Assembly: GCA_951406725.2 (NCBI GenBank)
Contig: OX597819.1
Coordinates: forward strand, 30,380,001 to 30,444,000
Reading direction: 5' to 3'
DNA length: 64,000 nucleotides
Source: Octopus vulgaris
Taxonomy: Eukaryota
This document shows positions 24,890 to 37,986 of this stretch, one piece after another; position 1 is the first letter of the stretch; each line of letters begins with the position of its first letter. The translations under genes were made by a program, and so were the position numbers. Under the pieces are notes generated by a model that made no database searches, was not told the origin of the DNA, and worked only from the letters and a program-made list of their open reading frames with translations.

Positions 24890-26543
24890 CATCATCATCA
24901 TCATCATCATCGTTTAACGTCCGCTTTCCATGCTAGCATGGGTTGGATGGTTCAACTGGGGTCTGGCAAGCTCGAAGGCTGCACCAGGCCAGTCAGATCT
25001 GGCAGTGTTTCTACAGCTGGATGCCCTTCCTAACGCCAACCACTCCAAGAGTGTAGTGGGTGATTTTATGTGCCACCGACACAGGTGCCAGACGAGGCTG
25101 GCAGACTGCCACGCTCGGATGGTGTTTTTTATGTGCCACCGACACAGGTGTCAGACGAGGCTGGCGAACGGCCATGCTCGGATGGTGTTTGTTACGTGCC
25201 CTCAGCACGGAGGCCAGTCGATGTGGTACTGGCTACGGTCACGTTCGGATGGTTTTCTTATGTGCCACCGGCACTGGTACCACAAGGATACAAATTCCAT
25301 TGATGTTCATCTATTTTGATTTGGTTTGATTTGATTTGATTGATTTGATTTTATTTTCACTTGCCTCAACAGGTCTTCACAAGTGTCACAAGAAGGAAGG
25401 TATGCACAGGTGGACTGACTATGTCCCAGGTAGGGGCCACGGGTTATGGCTTCACTAGTCTTGCCGGGTCTTCTCACGCACAGCATACTTCCATAGGTCT
25501 CGGTCTCTAGTCATTTCCATGGTGAGACCTAACGCTCGAAGGTCGTGCTTCACCACCTCGTCCCAGGTTTTCCTGGGTCTACCTCTTCCACAGGTTCCCT
25601 CAACTGCTAGGGATTGGCACTTTCTCACACACCTATCTTCATCCATTCTCGCCACATGACCATACCAGCGCAATCGTCTCTCTTGCACACCACAACTGAT
25701 GCTTCTTAGGTACAAGATTTCTCTCAAGGTACTAACGCTCTGTTGAGTAAGTACACTGACATTACACATCCATCGGAGCATACTGGCTTCATTCCTCACG
25801 AGCTTACGCATGTCCTCAGCAGTCACGGCCCATGTTTCACTGCCATGTAGCATGGCTGTACGTACACATGCATCATACAGTCTGCCTTTTACTCTGAGCG
25901 AGAGGCCTTTAGTCACCAGCAGAGGTAAGAGCTCCCTAAACTTTGCCCAGGCTATTCTTATTCTAGCAGTTACACTTTCAGCGCACCCACCCCCACTACT
26001 GACTTGGTCACCTAGATAGCGGAAGCTATCAACTACTTCTAGTTTATCCACCTGGAAAGTGACGGAAGTTGTTTTCTGCAGATTTTCGGAGGTCAATGCT
26101 CCCGAGCATCTGCCACATACAAAAACTATCTTCCCAGTTAGCCTACCTTTGACATTGCTGCACCTCTTATGTGTCCATAGCTTACACTGGGTACATCTTA
26201 TAGAGTTTCTACCTACACCTTTTCTACAGATCGAGCAGGGCCATCTTCCTGAGGATATTTGTGGATTGTCTACCTTTCTACTTACTAGTACTTTGGTTTT
26301 AGCTAGGTTGACTCTAAGGCCCCTCGATTCTAAACCCTCCTTCCACACCTGGAACTTCTCCAGTTCTGATAGTGACTCAGCAATTAGAGTGAGGTCGTCA
26401 GCATAGAGGAGCTCCCAGGAGCAACCTGTCTTGAATTCCTCCACAATTGCCTCGAGGACTATGATAAATAGGAGGGGGCTGAGTACTGAATCCTGGTGGA
26501 CCCCAACCTCTACTTTGAATTCTTCTGTGTACATGTTACCAAC
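24890..26543 (-). mobile_element. RTE-clade LINE, 5'-truncated 3' half
   Basis: 359-aa ORF near-identical to the C-terminal part of the + copy (YADD, YLGD); (CAT)n tail; flanked by aaaatgtataat at 24878-24889 and 26544-26555 (12-bp TSD). Confidence 0.95.
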
Positions 26544-26553
26544 AAAATGTATA

Positions 26554-26592
<39 letters not shown>

Positions 26593-26644
26593 AATAATGT
26601 AATGTATAATATAAATATATATAAATAATGTAATGTATAATATA

Positions 26645-26687
<43 letters not shown>

Positions 26688-26977
26688 TTAGGGAGTATAT
26701 CCAAACTTACAGGGAAAAATTAGATTTAGGATTAAATCAAATTCACAGTATAAATATAAATTAAATTAGAGATAAAACCACTATTAGGCAATACAAACAG
26801 TGATAAACATAAACCAAAACATAAAAAAAAACAATAAATAAATATGATTAATATAATATATAACATATATATATAAAATATAAAATTCAAAATTTAAACT
26901 ATTAAAATTTAAAATTTTTAAATTAAAAAATTTAAGACATATATATATTTATATATTAAATATGTATGTATAATATG

Positions 26978-27071
26978 TTCCTTCTGCGCATCCGTATCGC
27001 AACCGAGAGATACTGTTCGTTGTGACCCACGTGAGTCAGCAGAACTCATTCTTGTCTAGCAAGATGGCGGC
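26978..27071 (+). promoter_or_regulatory. CCT6 core promoter / 5' UTR
   Basis: Abrupt CpG-containing patch after extremely AT-rich DNA; E-box CACGTG 27028-27033 overlapping TGAGTCA 27032-27038; Inr-like TCATTC 27046-27051; CAAGATGGCGGC (YY1/TISU) over the ATG. Confidence 0.6.
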
Positions 27072-27200
27072 CGTGAAGTCATTGAATCCGAAAGCCGAAG
27101 TAGCTCGCGCTGCTCAAGCCCTCGCTGTTAACATTAGCGCTGCTAAAGGTCTTCAGGATGTCCTTCGGACTAATCTCGGACCTAGAGGAACCCTTAAAAT
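27064..27200 (+). CDS. CCT6: CCT6 exon 1 (137 nt)
   Basis: [46 protein letters not shown]; donor AT|gtaagc. Confidence 0.96.
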
Positions 27201-30200
27201 GTAAGCTGTTGTACATGTTTCTTCTTTTATCCCTCCGTCTGAATGCTCTTTCACTTCTGTCGCATCCAGAATCTTCCAGAATGAAGCCGGCAATGTTATA
27301 ACTAAACTACTTACTACACGTGCTTAGGCCTCTCTTTTTCTTATTAGCATTTACACTCACTTCTTGTTGGACATATTACGATTTCTATTTGAATTTGACA
27401 TATTACAATATTGGTTTGCATTAGTATTCTTTAATAGAAATATCTTTACGAGAGAGCGATTTATGAAATCCTGGCGGCCATGTGCGGCGGTGCTTTCGAC
27501 TAAATTCATCTTTTTCATGTCTATTCCCATTCATATTTCGATATTTGTTTTATTATTAATTACATATATATATATCTGAAAATGTCTCGCCTGTTTTCTC
27601 TATGATATTGTATCTTTTTCTCATCGAAGATAATTCTGTCTGATGGCTAAATGGTATTATAAAGACCAGACAGTTTATAGCAATATGAACAAAAAAAAAA
27701 AATGACATGCATCGCTTTATGTTTTACGAAATCGTCTAATTTTTCAAATCACAATCAAACCATGAAAAATATTTTAAATATATATAACTTGTATTATTAA
27801 ATATTTAAATTTAATGTTCTGAACATCATTCTGTTTACCCCCCCCCCCCAACCCAGCCTTTTTTAAAATTCATAATTGTAGCTTTAATCTGTTAAATAAT
27901 ATTTTTCCTTAATTTTCTATTTTCTTTTTGTATCTTGGATTTTTCTAAAATTTAATTAATCTTGCAATTAGCTACCGGTGATAGAGCATCAATACTTTTT
28001 TTGTAAAATTATTGGGAGCAGAACTTCCGATCATGGTAAATTAACATGGACTAGTCATTGTGAGCAACTCATTTGAATATTAAATTCCGATGAAAAGTAT
28101 ACACTTTCTTTCTGTCTTTGTCTCTAAAAGCTTCCATGACAGCCTTCTTTAGTTAATCCCTCTGACTAATATTAAATTAATAACTGGGGATTTAATTAAG
28201 ATACTGCTAATATATTGTTAATTCAAATGTCCTGTGAAGATTGTGAATGTTCCGATTGAAAAAAGCGTGAAGTGTAAGAATTTTTTGGAAACCCAAGAAA
28301 CTGTTCACGTTAAAAAACGGAACCTGTTAAAAGTGTTCTTCATATATATATATATATATATATAGGAGACATGGTATTGTAGACAGGCGTCGTATTTTTA
28401 GAAAGTATGAGAAGACTAGCAAAACGCGCAATGAAACAGGGAAATAGGTGAAAAAAGGGGCTGTATGTTAATGATTCGCGCAGTAACTATGTGCTCTCTG
28501 GTTCAGTCTCACAGTGTGGCACCTAGGCAAGTCCCTTATGCATTAGTCCTAAGTCTCGTGAGTAGATGGAAATTGTTTGGAAGCCTGTCAGAGGGTATGT
28601 TTCTGTTTTGGGGATGGTAGACTTATTACATTGCCCACTTTAGTATCACCACCAATACACCTTTTCTTTTTGGTGTCTTTAACAGTCGACTCTGTTGCAA
28701 GCATTTGAGCCAGGTCTATACTTTTTCTGCTTTGACTGAGCCATTAAAAAAATATATATATCATCATCATCGTTTAACGTCCGCTTTACATGCTAGCATG
28801 GGTTGGACGATTTTGACTGAGGGCTGGCGAACCAGATGGCTACACCAGGCTCCAATCTTGATTTGGCAGAGTTTCTACAACTGGATGCCCTTCCTAATGC
28901 CAACCACTCCGAGAGTGTAGTGGGTGCTTTTTACGTGCCACCGGCACGGGCCCAGTCAGGCGGTACTGGCAATGACCTCGCTGCATAATCTGGCATATAA
29001 TCTTAGTTGAAATTAAGTATCAGTGATCAGCAGAAACTATGGAGTAGTGTTCTTTTGACCTGCAACGAATAACAACCACATTTCCCTCCATTATCTCCTC
29101 GAATGTCTTGATTAATGAAAAGACACAATGGAGAGTGTTGTCCAAAATTTAACCCAAAGATTTCCTAGTGGTCACCGTTGGTGTATTTAGGTTTTCTATA
29201 TCAGTTGACCTGTTGCTAAGCAATAAACAAGGTAGTTAATCTAAATTTTAATTAGGATAAGGTATAAAAGTTAGTGATCGTGTGTTCTTATCAACTAGTC
29301 AAGAATCGAAACTAAATCAAACTTGAAGATTTTGGTAAATCTCTACAAGGTCAACATGAAAATGGATTAGTTGTCTTACTCTTCGTTATCTTTGATTGAG
29401 CATTCTTATAAGTAATTCAGTTGTAACCATGCCATCTCTGCCCATTATATTTTTTTTTGTGAAATGATAAGTTGTGATTTTATGGGTTTTTAGTTGCTAT
29501 TTCTAACAAGTTGAGTTTCCCTGCATAGGGACTCCTTAACATTTCACAAGTGCAGGCATGGCTGTGTTAAGTAGTTCACTTTGCAATGTGGTCTCAGGTT
29601 CAGTCTCTACACAACACTTACCAATTTTATTCATTCCAATTATGAATTGCTTCGTTACACCAGAATATGTTTATGTATTGACTGAAAAGTTTCTTGATGT
29701 ATTAATTTCAATGTTTCAATAAGTTACTCAATTGTGTATATCTCAACATGGAAACTATACGCATCATTAATTGTGAGCTTTTTTTTCTTTTAAGGTTGGT
29801 ATCTGGTGCTGGAGACATCAAATTAACTAAGGATGGAAATGTACTTCTTCATGAGATGGTGAGTGTCTCATTTGAAAAGCAATTCTTCCATTCACTTACA
29901 AAAAAAAAAACAAAAAACTTTCCCAGCCTCTTCATAGCTTAGTGGTTCAGCAAAAGAGACCGACAGAATAAGTATCAGGTTTTAAAAAAAAATAGGTACT
30001 GGGGTCAAGTCATTTAACTAAAACTTCTTCAACCCCGGCTTGGCTAGCATCTAATGACTGAAACAAGTAAAAGATAAAAGAAACCCTGAGACATATTCCA
30101 TATTTTTGGATGTTACAATATTATCTCATGATCAAGAGTTGAAGTAAAGTTAATTGCAAACTGGTACCCAAGAGTTAAGTTAATTTGTCTGTTTGCTAAT

Positions 30201-33200
30201 TTGAACATTGTCAGTGAAATATTTGTTTTTCTTTTTTGTTGTTTTTTTTTTTTTTCATTCTAGCTTTGATAGTACAAGCTTGCAATACAATATCTCCATT
30301 CTATGTTTTTTAATCAGCCATACCTCTTTACCATTGTGTAATGGTTTGGCTTTCTACAACCACATATCTCTTTCATGGTCTTACTTTTCCTTTGGTGAAC
30401 TGCTTCTCTGGCATTAACTGAAATTGTAATTTCTTCAGTGTTGGAGGTGGCTTTAACAGTAGATAAGAATGAAGAGGGAGCAGCTTTCAGATAGAACAGG
30501 ACAATAAGGATGGAATGCTGTTTTAACCCTTTAGTGTTCACATTATTCTGCCAAAATTAATCCTTTTTTATCCACATTGTTTTGAACTAATCATGCATTA
30601 TCTTGTAGTTATGAGATTTTGATGAGGTAGCTGCTAATTTTTAAAACGATATTGTAGGGTTGGTGTGAGAGACCAGATCTGGCCAGTTTGAACATAAAAC
30701 AGGCAGAATACTTTTGGCCGGATATGGCCAGTTTAAATGCTAAAGGGTTAATAAGATCTAAATTTGATAGTTTGTTAATGAATTGTAATCAGTAGATTCA
30801 TGCTGGTATATTAACTGTGCAATACAAACATTCATGTTCATCTGCATGGATCACTACACTTCCAATTGCCATCATTGGCAATTTACTGAATAATGATGTA
30901 TTATGGATAGCCAGCTTAGTGGAAATAGTACCACCAAAACGAATTACCTGTGGGGTTTTTTAAAAAAAAAAAGAATTTCAAGTCATCATCAAGAAGGATT
31001 ATATTTCAATTTATTGATGACTGATAATTGTGTTTTTATGAAACCTCAGCTACTTTTGTAGAAGCCATGTTTTGCGTTATCTCTTGTATATTTGGCAAAT
31101 ATCCGACTTCAGTTGCTTTATTAACATTGCATTCAGCTTCCCTGGGAGATATAATTAGGTCCTCAGTTTGGACTTCTGACTCATTGTGTCCTTGTTAAGC
31201 TTTCATTTGCCACCCATCTCCTTTATCTTTAACTAGCAGTATCACCCGGCGTTGCTCGGGTTTGTAAGGGAAATAACTATATAACCATTTTTAGAGAGTT
31301 ATAGCAAAAAAATGGGGGGAAAATTATGGTAAATTTTTTTTTAAATCGTTGACTCATCATAGACATTTTTAGAGAGTTACTTCCCTTATATAATAGCGAA
31401 AAAATGCATTAAAATGGAAAAAAATGATGGTAAATTTTTTTTTAAATCGTAGACTCATCGTAGACGCGCACTAATACCCAGAAGGGCTCGATATGAATCA
31501 CGACTATAGGATACCCGGTTTTGGTTAAACTGCATCGCAAAATGTGGGAGTAGTTAGGAATCTAAATCGTAGGAGAGAGACACACAACTTCACTTTTATA
31601 TACAAAGATATCCTCACATATCTCACACAATTTCCCCACTAACCCTGCTCTACTACTTCACTATCCTGCTATATTTGCAGCAGGAGACCACACTGAATCT
31701 GTCCTACTCTCTCTTCTCTCAACATACTCTCTGATTCACTGCATCATATCACCCAAGAGAGGGATAACATTGGATTTGTATGTACTTAATCCTGTGCTAC
31801 CACCATTCCCTATCACTACATCCCTCTTCCATCAAAAATTGCATTTCATCTGTATGTAGCAACGTTACCATCACCTTTTTTTTGTCCTGCTAATCACCTA
31901 TCATTGCATCGCCACTATTTCCTAGCATGTCATACCATTGTTTTCTTTTGTTATCCCCTTTGTTTCTCTGTTCATACTCCTACTCCCTTTACTAATTCAC
32001 CCATATCTACCTTCATGGGCGTATTACTTTAGATGACCTCATTAGTACTGATGTCATGATAAAATGCATCTTGTACATTCTGTTAAGTGAATAGTGAATC
32101 AACAAACAACATAGGGTTAAGAAAATCCTTTAACCCTTCGTAGGCCAGCAGGGTCCCTTGGGATCCCAACAAATGTAAAAAGTTATGCAACTTTTACATT
32201 TTTTTAATTGATTTTTATATCTCATGACTTTTATTGTCAATAGTTTATGTATGCACTTATGAATTTTGAGTTTAAAATTTCCAGTCATGTGGAAGTTATA
32301 GCATAAAATATGGTAATTCGGGTCCAATTGGACCCCATTGGCCTTCTGTAAAATTATTTTTTTCTGTTCTTTTTTCAGATATAAGTCTATGATATGACTA
32401 AGTCCATTTTCTTCGTATTTGTACTGGTATGAATCGATATACTAAATAATTTTTTGTATTTAGTGCTATATATATATATATATATAGTTTATAAAACTAA
32501 AAAATGTTGAATTCTTTCAATAAAGGCTTTTTTCAGTCAAATTATATTTTAATTCCCCTTCATTAAACACTAATAATTACAAATATATACCTATAAAGTT
32601 CTAAATTTCTTGTTCTGTATAATGCACTCAACCATATATACAAAGTTAAACAAATATTACTTTATGGATAGTGCAGAAATGCACAAAATAAAAGGGTCCT
32701 CCTTGGGACCCTAATGGCCTTTTGTGTAATTCCACCCCGCCGGTCCACAAAGGGTTATTCAGGTCAAGGGTGTAACGACTTTTCTAGTATGGGTGCTATA
32801 ATAAAATGCACCCAATACACTGTAAGTTAGTGTTAGGGCATCCAGGCAAATCATGCCAAATATAGACTATACAAGCAATATTTGGTCTCCTGGCCCATTT
32901 AGGAGAGCAATAACCCTAAATAAAAACTAACTCAGGATGTCATGATCCATCTTCTCCATGTCAGCACAGAAAGTGCACATAAAATGATGTGGCCATCAAA
33001 CTTCTTAGATCATCCTCACAGAATCTGTCGTGTGTGAATTGAGATTTTTTTAATTTCCAAAAAGACAGTAGGCATCTTCAGTCATGTTTCTGCACAATAC
33101 ATAATGTTCCACTCATACTCAAGGTGGTGCTCCAGCATGGCTGCAAACAAATAAAAGACTATCAAAATATCAATGCTGTGAGACAATGTATGAGTAATCC

Positions 33201-36200
33201 AAAATGAAGCGAGTCAGTAAGCATTACATTTAGCAGGGTAATCAGAATGCTAAAGGGTGGATCCTGACAAAGATTTATTTCTCGTTTTTAAAATCTAAGA
33301 ATATTACCTGGTTCAAATATCTTATTTCTAAGAAAAATCACTATCCTACTAAACACCCAGCATCCCTTTAATATTTGCAGTCCCCTGTGAGCTCAACACT
33401 AATACTGCCTAATTAAAAGACTACTGTTTTAGAAGTTGTCTTTACTACCAGCCATTCATGGTTTTGGTAATTGGCAGACATTCAAAGTTTATGCATATGT
33501 TTTTTGTGAGAATTCTTCAATAAAAATCAGGTACTCCTCATATTTCTGCTAATATCCTGCCTTGAACTCCTTTCTTGTTATCAAAGACTTGAAAGAACTT
33601 TTCTGAGATTGCATTAATATATGTCTACATCATCATCATCATTTAACGTCTGTTTTCCATGCTAGCATGGGTTGGACGGTTCAACCGGGGTCTGGGAAGC
33701 CAGGAGGCTGCACTAGGCTCCAGTCTGATCTGGCAGTGTTTCTACAGCTGGATGCCCTTCCTAACGCCAACCACTCCGTGAGTGTAGTGGGTGCTTTTTA
33801 CGTGCCACTGGCACAGAAGCTAGTCAAGGCGGCACTGGCATCGGCCACATTCGGATGGTGCTTTTTTACGTGCCACCGGCACAGGTATCACAACTACTAT
33901 TTCCATTTGATATTTATTTCGATGTTCATGTACTTGACTCGATAGGTCTCCTCAAGCACAGCAGGTCGTTCTGCAATCCAAGGTACAATGACTACCTGGT
34001 TATTAAAATCCTCATTGAACCAACAGTCTATTTGGCCATATTTGTCATATTGGACAGATCTTGCTGGATATTCTTCCTGATGCCAACATCTTCCACTGAT
34101 CTTCAAATTTTCATACAGCTGAGATACCAGACTTAATATTTATACAGTGTCACTGCTTCCCATGTTGTGTCAGTGCAAAGTTATGCTCACACATGTGCAT
34201 GCACATGTAATCTCCCATTCTTCTTTTGTTCTTTCTTGAACTAACCTGCCCACTCACTCCACCCAATCCTGTGTACTACTTATTTGCACAAAGCTGTCTC
34301 CACCTCAGTCGAGTCTTGGTGCCATGTAAAAAGTATCCCGTACATTCTATAAAGTGATCAGTTTCAGGAAGAACATCTGGCCACAAAAGCCATACCAGAG
34401 GAGACAATTGAGCTTAATACAGTCTTCTGGCTTGCCAGCTCCTGCCCAAACTGTCAAATTACCCAACCCATGCCACCATGGTAGACAGATAATGATGTTG
34501 ATGATGATGAGCTTCCACTGAATTTGTTTCCTAAATTTCACTCACAAGTTCCTGATTTTTCGAAGGGCACCATAAAACAGCTCCTGATGGAAAGGACCCA
34601 AAACAGCACAGTTGCAAAGCAAACTTAACCACACAGCTGTGCTTGCCTCTATTGCATTAAAAGATAGCTTTTTTTTTTTTTTTTACTTGCAAGAAACTGA
34701 AAATGAAAGTTCTTTTTATTTTATAATTCACTTTTTATTAAGTAATGTAAAGACAGTTTAAGGTTTCCTTTCACAAGTGACCTGATCTGTGATATTGAAA
34801 CTGAAATACAATGTGGCATAATAAATATGATAAACGCACTCATTCACACCATTAGATTTACTTTGGTTTATATATTAGTATATTATATTATAAAATGTGA
34901 AAATTATCATCTGCAATCTAGTCGCTAAATTTTTTTTCTTTTTTCTTTTTCCCTTTAGCAAATTCAACATCCTACAGCTTCTTTAATTGCTCGGGCAGCC
35001 ACAGCCCAGGATGATGTTACAGGAGATGGAACCACTTCGAATGTCCTTCTTATTGGAGAACTTCTTAAACAAGCTGAGCTCTACATTTCAGAGGTAAGTA
35101 ACAAACCCTGCTCAGAGTATGAAGTCCATTAGGTCTAACCTAATGAATAAATTCAGTAGAAAAATGAATTTCAAAATTTGTTTATTTTGTTAATTGATAA
35201 AACTTTGTTATTGCAGTAGAAACATTATCACAAAAGTAATTCTACTAAAATGGCTTCACACATTTCATTTGTGCTGTTATTCAACTTTGTGACTTTGAAG
35301 TTTTAATGCTTCATGTTTTCAATGCAGAATTTCTTGAATTTTAGATATTCCTTGGGGCATCTGAAATGAGTTTGTTTTTGTTTTTTTTTCTCTTTCATTC
35401 CTAGCAAATTATCTTGGAAGCCTCTTAAATGTCATTTTCTATGATCTGAGACTCTAAAGAGATCTTGTTATTACTGTTGCTAACATTCTTTTCCTGCAGT
35501 TTTATACAAGTTTCTTGAATATTTTATTTTTTAGTTGATATCTAAAAATTTATGTTTAGAATAGTGTTAGCTGCTATTCTTAAAATAATCTTTTGAAAAA
35601 AAAATTAGATAATGTTATTGACCCTGCTGTTGATAATAATAGATTTCTATAGATGATAATCTAATTTGTTTAATTTCACTTTTTCAGGGCCTTCATCCCA
35701 GGCACATTACAGAGGGATTTAATTTGGCAAAGAAAAAAGCATTAGAGGTAAATATTTGAATATTCTTAGAAATGTTCAAAATTATTTTGTTGAATACATG
35801 TGTGTTAAAAAATATATCGGAGATAAGCAGCAACTTAACCATTCTTTTGCTATATTTTTAATTAAAATTATACCCAGTGTGTTTCAGTTAAAATTCCAAT
35901 AATGAATTTAGACTTGTTTCTTAAAACAGCTGTTTTTTTAGTGGGTGTTTGTGGTTTTTGTAATACAATTTAACAAGAGGTTCTTAAATCTGTTTCTTCA
36001 TCTTTCTAATTACAGATAAATACATTGAAGTAAAATTTATAATTTTGTCCGAACATCAGTGTAGAAATTGAGTAATTAGCTAATATTCTGCCTGGTATGC
36101 AATGATATCTTCATTTAGAAACACTATGCACGTTATTGAATTTTCAGTTGAACTAAAATGTACATGAACAAGATGTGTACTATAAAGATGAAAAATAGAA

Positions 36201-37952
36201 TGAAATATCGGAATTTACATTTGTAGAAAACAACAAAATGAAATATTCACACACATATGAAACAAATTTGTACCCATAAACAAACTAATGATTCACAAAT
36301 ATAGATTAATCAAAAGTTGTCATTCAGTGTAGATAACCTAAATACAAATGAGGTAAATAAATATTTTAACAAAATCAAATTTAAACTGACCAACCGCTGA
36401 GAGCTTTCCATTTCTGAGTTCTCTAAATTTAGGCACAGTTTTTTTTTTTTTTTTTTTTGCAACTTGATTTGTCCCACCATTTTATGGTAACTGGTTATAT
36501 TCTGCACTTAATTGCATGGCTACATCTGCTTGCAACTAAAGACGGTTGCATCACTTTTGACTTCCTCCCAGTCTGGTATATTGTAAAATGCATTCACAGT
36601 ACTCATTTGATATACACCAAACCAGGTATGTTATGAAGGTGGTGGGAGCCGCTGGTGCATCAGGAATAGCCAGAGAAATGTTAAAAATATTTGGCAAAGT
36701 AGGGCACAAACTATCCACTTACATAGTTGACTAGGTAATATAGGAAGGCGTAGCAGTATCAGCTCTAAGACAGGAGATGTCTAGAAAAGTTATATAATGA
36801 CTTAATTGGGGATTTCTCATTTAACAAGACAAAGCAAAATTCTTTGTCTTACTTGAACTAACAGACTTTTCTTTTTTTCCATTTTGTGTTCTGGGTTTCA
36901 TTAGTGAACAATCAGAAAATGTAATATGTACTTATAATAGTTGACCATTATTTTAGGAATAAAGACACATGAATTGTATAGTATCTCTTACAAGTTTCGT
37001 CTGGGTAACTAATCAAATCTGGGATATAATTATTGTGAAGGTGCGTGGCTTTGTGGTTAAGCTGTTGCACTTGTGATCCTTAGATCATGAATTCAATTCT
37101 CAGACTGGGCAGCGTATTGTATTCTTGTGCAAAATACTCCATTTCATGTTACTCCAGCCTTCCTGTTAATCAGGGGGAATGTTGGCCTGCTCACCTAGAC
37201 AGCAGGGTGATGTCATTCAAAGGCTAAAATGATGCAAAGTGCTTTGTGACGAGCGATGTGTAACATTGCATAGTCTGGTCAGTTAAATGATCATGATATA
37301 ATTACGGTTTGGTTGCACAGAATGGACCGTGGTATTTAGGTTGTCGTTCAGACCAGGCGTCCCAAATGGTTTTGTACAAAGAACTATTTAAGAATGTTGA
37401 AAAGATGAAAGGTCAGATTTTATTTTGAATTAAGATTTTTCCTGTCTGTACCTATACACCCTATCAAAAGAGCAGGGGTTAATTCTATTCCATAGATACA
37501 GTGTTTAATTTTGTAGGGATCAATTTTTAAATCATTTTAAAGATAATTTTCTCATTTAATGTAAGCTTTCATGTTACATTAAGTTAAAGGATATATTCAG
37601 ACATTTGAAATAGTGAATACCATTTTTTTTTTTATAAAATATTTATATCAAATTTTATTAAAAGCCTCTTGCATAACTGCAGAATTTTTTCTTGGAACTC
37701 ACTTTCTGGTACACTGCAATAGCCACACTATACATGTCCAAGTTTTGTATTTTAGCATTGAGTACAAGCATGGCCATGTAATTAAGTTTGTTTCTCACCT
37801 CTTGATTTCAGTCTCCCTGTATGGCACTTTGAGAAAAGTGTCTTGTTTTATAGTCCAGATTAACCAAAATCTTGTCAGTGGATTTAGTAAACAGAAACTG
37901 AAAGAAGCTCGTTTTTTTTTTTTTTTGTTTGTATGTCTCTCTCTGTATATTA

Positions 37953-37986
<34 letters not shown>

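Noticed and set aside
27022-27063. N-terminal extension of CCT6 from the ORF track
   Set aside because: It starts at GTG; the conserved start is ATG 27064 in strong context.
35108-35227. H/ACA snoRNA in intron 3
   Set aside because: One good hairpin (cattagg/cctaatg), but the second hairpin is unconvincing and it lies only ~14 nt from the donor.
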